From: Candidatus Adlerbacteria bacterium | GTDB taxonomy: Bacteria; Patescibacteriota; Minisyncoccia; Phycocordibacterales; SBAW01 | DNA length: 64,000 bases | Direction of reading: 5' to 3' | Assembly: GCA_029288895.1 (NCBI GenBank) | Contig: JARIGK010000001.1 | Coordinates: 134,682 to 198,681, forward strand | Part shown: positions 60,653 to 64,000 of the stretch, in pieces | Layout of the letters: each line of letters opens with the position of its first letter | Numbering within the stretch: the first letter of the stretch is position 1 | Notes under the pieces: generated by a model | The model's database searches: none | The model's input: only the letters and a program-made list of their open reading frames with translations | Told to the model about the DNA's origin: nothing | Translations under genes and position numbers: made by a program

Positions 60653-61930
60653 ATGGCTGAGCGATTTATCGTCGAAGGGCTCGGCGGCAAAAAAGTATTG
60701 AAGGGCGAAATTAAAGTTGGTGGCGCGAAGAACGCCATCTTAAAAGGCCTCGCAGCAACTATTTTGTTTGAGGGTGATGTGGTGCTTACGAATGTGCCCG
60801 AGATCGAAGATGTCGGAGCCGAGTGCGCAATTTTGGAAGAGTTGGGGGCCACGGTCGTGCAAAAAGATGCACATACATACGTAGTTAATACCGACGGCAT
60901 TACGCATTCTGATTTGCCCGACGAGTTGGCGCGCAAAATTCGCGCATCGATTGTATTTGCAGGGCCACTGCTCGCACGCTTTGGGAAGGTTGTCTTCCCG
61001 CACCCCGGTGGTGATGTTATAGGTCCGCGCCCCATCAACCTTTTCTTAGATGGTTTTGCAAAGTTGGGCGCCACGGTGGTGCTCGAGCACGATTCGTACA
61101 CGGTCACTGCAGACAAATTGCACGGTACCGATATTAATTTCGAACCAATCAGCGTCACAGCTACAGAGACATTGATGATGGCGGCGGTGTTGGCAGAAGG
61201 CACAACGATTTTGAACAACGCTGCGCGCGAGCCCGAGATCACCGACTTAGCTTTTTATCTAAATGAGTGCGGTGCGCAGATCACGGGCGCAGGCACAAGC
61301 ACGATCACAATTGTGGGTGGTGGTATGTTGCATGCAAACGGCATTTCGTACGACACGCCGCCGGACCGTATCGAGGCGGGCACGTTTGTGTTGCTGGGAG
61401 CGCTCGCGGGCGAGAAAGTCCTCGTATCAAATTGCGTGCCCGAACATATCGAAGCGCTTACGACACTTTTGAAAAATTCTGGAGTGAAGATGGAGATAGG
61501 GAGTACTTATATAGATGTAGAAGGGTGCGAGGCGCCCAAGAGCTTTGATGTGACGACGGCAGAATATCCGGGCCTCGCGACTGACCTGCAGCCGCCGCTT
61601 GTTGTGTACCTTACGCAAGGCACGGGTGTAAGCAAACTTACAGAAACAATTTGGAAGGGGAGGCTTGCGTATACGGCAGATATTGTTGGCATGGGTGCCA
61701 AGATTGAATTGGCAGATTCGCAGCATGCGACCATTGCAGGCCCGACACCACTCCGTGCAGCAGAGCTTAAAAGCCCCGATATCCGTGCGGGGCTCGCCTT
61801 CCTTATGGCAGCGGCTATCGCTGAGGGGACATCCACAATCGACAATGTCTACCACATCGACCGAGGCTACCAACATATAGAAGAGCGCCTGCAAAAGCTC
61901 GGGCTTAACATCACGCGCGAACAAGCGTAG
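60653..61930 (+). CDS. murA: UDP-N-acetylglucosamine 1-carboxyvinyltransferase (Asp-type)
   Basis: GAKNA, IRAS, PGGDVIGPRP, AAREPE, DIRAG, HIDRGY. Confidence 0.97.
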   Translation: MAERFIVEGLGGKKVLKGEIKVGGAKNAILKGLAATILFEGDVVLTNVPEIEDVGAECAILEELGATVVQKDAHTYVVNTDGITHSDLPDELARKIRASIVFAGPLLARFGKVVFPHPGGDVIGPRPINLFLDGFAKLGATVVLEHDSYTVTADKLHGTDINFEPISVTATETLMMAAVLAEGTTILNNAAREPEITDLAFYLNECGAQITGAGTSTITIVGGGMLHANGISYDTPPDRIEAGTFVLLGALAGEKVLVSNCVPEHIEALTTLLKNSGVKMEIGSTYIDVEGCEAPKSFDVTTAEYPGLATDLQPPLVVYLTQGTGVSKLTETIWKGRLAYTADIVGMGAKIELADSQHATIAGPTPLRAAELKSPDIRAGLAFLMAAAIAEGTSTIDNVYHIDRGYQHIEERLQKLGLNITREQA

Positions 61931-61942
61931 AATAGCTACGCA

Positions 61943-62956
61943 ATGTCGTTTTTTACTCCAAAGCTTGGGATCGATTTGGGTACTGCAAACACGCTCGTGT
62001 TTGTGCCAGGCAAGGGCGTTGTGTTGAACGAACCGTCGGTCGTTGCCATTTCTGAAATTGATAAACGCATCTTGGCTGTTGGCAACGACGCAAAAGAAAT
62101 GATCGGCCGCACGCCGGGCGAAATTATCGCGTATCGCCCACTCAAAGACGGCGTTATCTCCGACTACCGCGTCACACAAGCGATGCTCCGCTATTTTATT
62201 GGCAAGGCATTGGGTAAGTGGCAATTCTTCCGCCCTGAAGTGATGGTCTCGGTGCCCACGGGTGTAACGTCAACAGAGCGCCGCGCCGTTGTCGAAGCTG
62301 CGGTGCGCGCAGGTGCAAAAAATGCGTATGTGGTTAAAGAGTCAGTCTTGGCCGCAATCGGTGCCGGCATTCCAATTCAAGAGCCGCGCGGCAACATGGT
62401 CGTCGACATTGGCGGCGGCACATGCGACGTGGCGGTGATATCGCTTGGCGGCATTGTTGCATCAACGTCGGTAAAGTTTGGCGGCGACAAACTCGACCAC
62501 GCCATCGCCGACTATATAAAGAAGACATACAACCTCGGTATCGGCGAAAAATCAGCAGAAGATGTAAAGATTGCCATTGGCTCTGCGGTGCCGATGGAAG
62601 AGGAATTGGTGATGACCGTGCGCGGCCGTGATTTTATTACCGGCCTCCCGCGCTCGGCAGAATTGAAGACAAACGATTTAGTCAAAGCGATGGGCAAAGA
62701 ATTGCGCGAAATTATCAAAGCGATACGCGATGTGTTGCAAGAGACGCCGCCTGAGTTGGCGTCCGACATTATCGACCGCGGCATCATCATGACAGGCGGC
62801 ACGTCACAGCTTCGCTACTTCCCAGAGTTAGTATTGCGCCGCACAGGCGTCAAAGCACGCGTCGCGGACAACCCCTTGTTTTGTGTAGCGCGCGGCACAG
62901 GCATCGCACTCGACCACTTGGACACGTACAAAAAGGCCATCATCGCCAAGCGCTAG
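61943..62956 (+). CDS. mreB: Rod shape-determining protein MreB
   Basis: GIDLGTANT, EPSVVA, RPLKDGVI, DIGGGT, TGG. Confidence 0.97.
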   Translation: MSFFTPKLGIDLGTANTLVFVPGKGVVLNEPSVVAISEIDKRILAVGNDAKEMIGRTPGEIIAYRPLKDGVISDYRVTQAMLRYFIGKALGKWQFFRPEVMVSVPTGVTSTERRAVVEAAVRAGAKNAYVVKESVLAAIGAGIPIQEPRGNMVVDIGGGTCDVAVISLGGIVASTSVKFGGDKLDHAIADYIKKTYNLGIGEKSAEDVKIAIGSAVPMEEELVMTVRGRDFITGLPRSAELKTNDLVKAMGKELREIIKAIRDVLQETPPELASDIIDRGIIMTGGTSQLRYFPELVLRRTGVKARVADNPLFCVARGTGIALDHLDTYKKAIIAKR

Positions 62957-62962
62957 CTGCCT

Positions 62963-63661
62963 ATGCATCACGCATATATATATGAAGGGCCTATGTCGTT
63001 GCACGAGCAGTTGGCCTTTGATGCGTGTACACGATTTCAATTTGAACGGAACCCCTCGACTGCGCTCGGGGCAAGTAACCCGGATGTACATATCGAACAG
63101 TGGGAGAAGTTTGGTATCGACGAAGCGCGCGAATTAAGCCAGCAGGCGGCGTTGAAAAGCACGGGCGGCCGCGGATTGTTTGTGCTTAGCATTGCACAAA
63201 TCACGAGCGAGGCGCAGCAAGCGCTTCTCAAATTATTTGAAGAGCCAGTGCAGGGGACGATATTTGTGGTGCTCGTACCGCACGGCACACTACTGCCAAC
63301 ACTCCGTTCGAGATTTATCGAATATCCGCTACTCTCCGCGCAAATTCCCTCTGCTACGCTGCAGGGCAAGAGGGAACGCTCCGCAGAGGGAATTTCCGCT
63401 ACGGAAGAGTTTTTGGCTTCGTCGTATGCGAAGCGCAGTGCGTGGGTGACAGCGTTTTTGAAAGACGAAGAAAACGTTCGTGAGCGTGCGCGAGACTTTT
63501 TGAATGAGGTGGAAACTCTGTTGCACCCTAAGATTGCGCAAAAAGACGTGCGCGAGGCATTGGCCGATATTGCACACTTCCGCAATTATCTGTCCGACCG
63601 TGCACCATCTTTGAAGATGATTCTTGAACACTTTGCTGCGACTCTGCCACAGGTGAAATAA
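62963..63661 (+). CDS. holB: DNA polymerase III delta'-like clamp loader subunit (short form)
   Basis: HHAY, PD, IDEAREL, AQQALLKLFEEP, LLPTLRSR. Confidence 0.75.
   Translation: MHHAYIYEGPMSLHEQLAFDACTRFQFERNPSTALGASNPDVHIEQWEKFGIDEARELSQQAALKSTGGRGLFVLSIAQITSEAQQALLKLFEEPVQGTIFVVLVPHGTLLPTLRSRFIEYPLLSAQIPSATLQGKRERSAEGISATEEFLASSYAKRSAWVTAFLKDEENVRERARDFLNEVETLLHPKIAQKDVREALADIAHFRNYLSDRAPSLKMILEHFAATLPQVK
63331..63410. repeat. In-frame palindromic repeat within holB-like gene
   Basis: AAATTCCCTCTGC (63342-63354) / GCAGAGGGAATTT (63383-63395) with imperfect extension. Confidence 0.65.
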
Positions 63662-63662
63662 C

Positions 63663-64000
63663 ATGACCCCGAAGAAATGTGCCGAGAGAAAAGAAAGACT
63701 CAAGAAATTAGACAGAGCACTTAAGAAGCTTTATCCAACGGCAGAGATAGAGCTTAACTTCAGCAACCCGCTTGAGTTGCTTATTGCGGTGCAGCTTTCG
63801 GCGCAGTCGACAGACAAAAACGTCAACAAAATCACAGAGAAACTTTTTAAGAAATACAAAACTCTGGAAGATTACGTGCACGCAGGTAAGACGCAGAAGG
63901 GGAGGAATGAGTTTGAGCGTGATATTTTTGCCTCGGGGTTTTATCGTGCCAAAGCAAAAAATATTTTAGGTACAGTAAAAATGATCAAAGAGGATTTCGG
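63663..64000 (+). CDS. nth: Endonuclease III (3' truncated by window); not in ORF track
   Basis: LNFSNPLELLIAVQLSAQSTDKNVN...GFYRAKAKNI. Confidence 0.93.
   Translation, partial: MTPKKCAERKERLKKLDRALKKLYPTAEIELNFSNPLELLIAVQLSAQSTDKNVNKITEKLFKKYKTLEDYVHAGKTQKGRNEFERDIFASGFYRAKAKNILGTVKMIKEDF

Overview
64 kb of a bacterial chromosome in genetic code 11. The compact gene set, class Ic RNR, DUF5679/DUF5659-type small proteins and apparently leaderless core genes suggest a Patescibacteria/Parcubacteria (CPR) organism (inference). The backbone carries rpoC (partial), dnaG-rpoD, hisS, truB, nrdAB, mltG, def-fmt, murA-mreB-holB-like-nth, a DedA/GT4/sphingomyelin-synthase-like operon, two MASE1 hybrid kinases with an OmpR regulator, and a class F sortase with a VPNTG substrate. 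Two layers of accessory DNA stand out. (1) About 10 kb of AT-richer nested integrative elements sit at the 3' end of tRNA-Asn (43.2-53.4 kb). The att site lies inside the C-terminus of a frameshifted large serine recombinase, and three in-register junction scars are visible. (2) Roughly 20 self-contained single-gene units each have a sigma70 promoter, a strong SD and a hairpin ending in a TTTTCTTT tail that often abuts the stop codon of a convergent core gene. All calls come from reading motifs by eye; no database searches were run.
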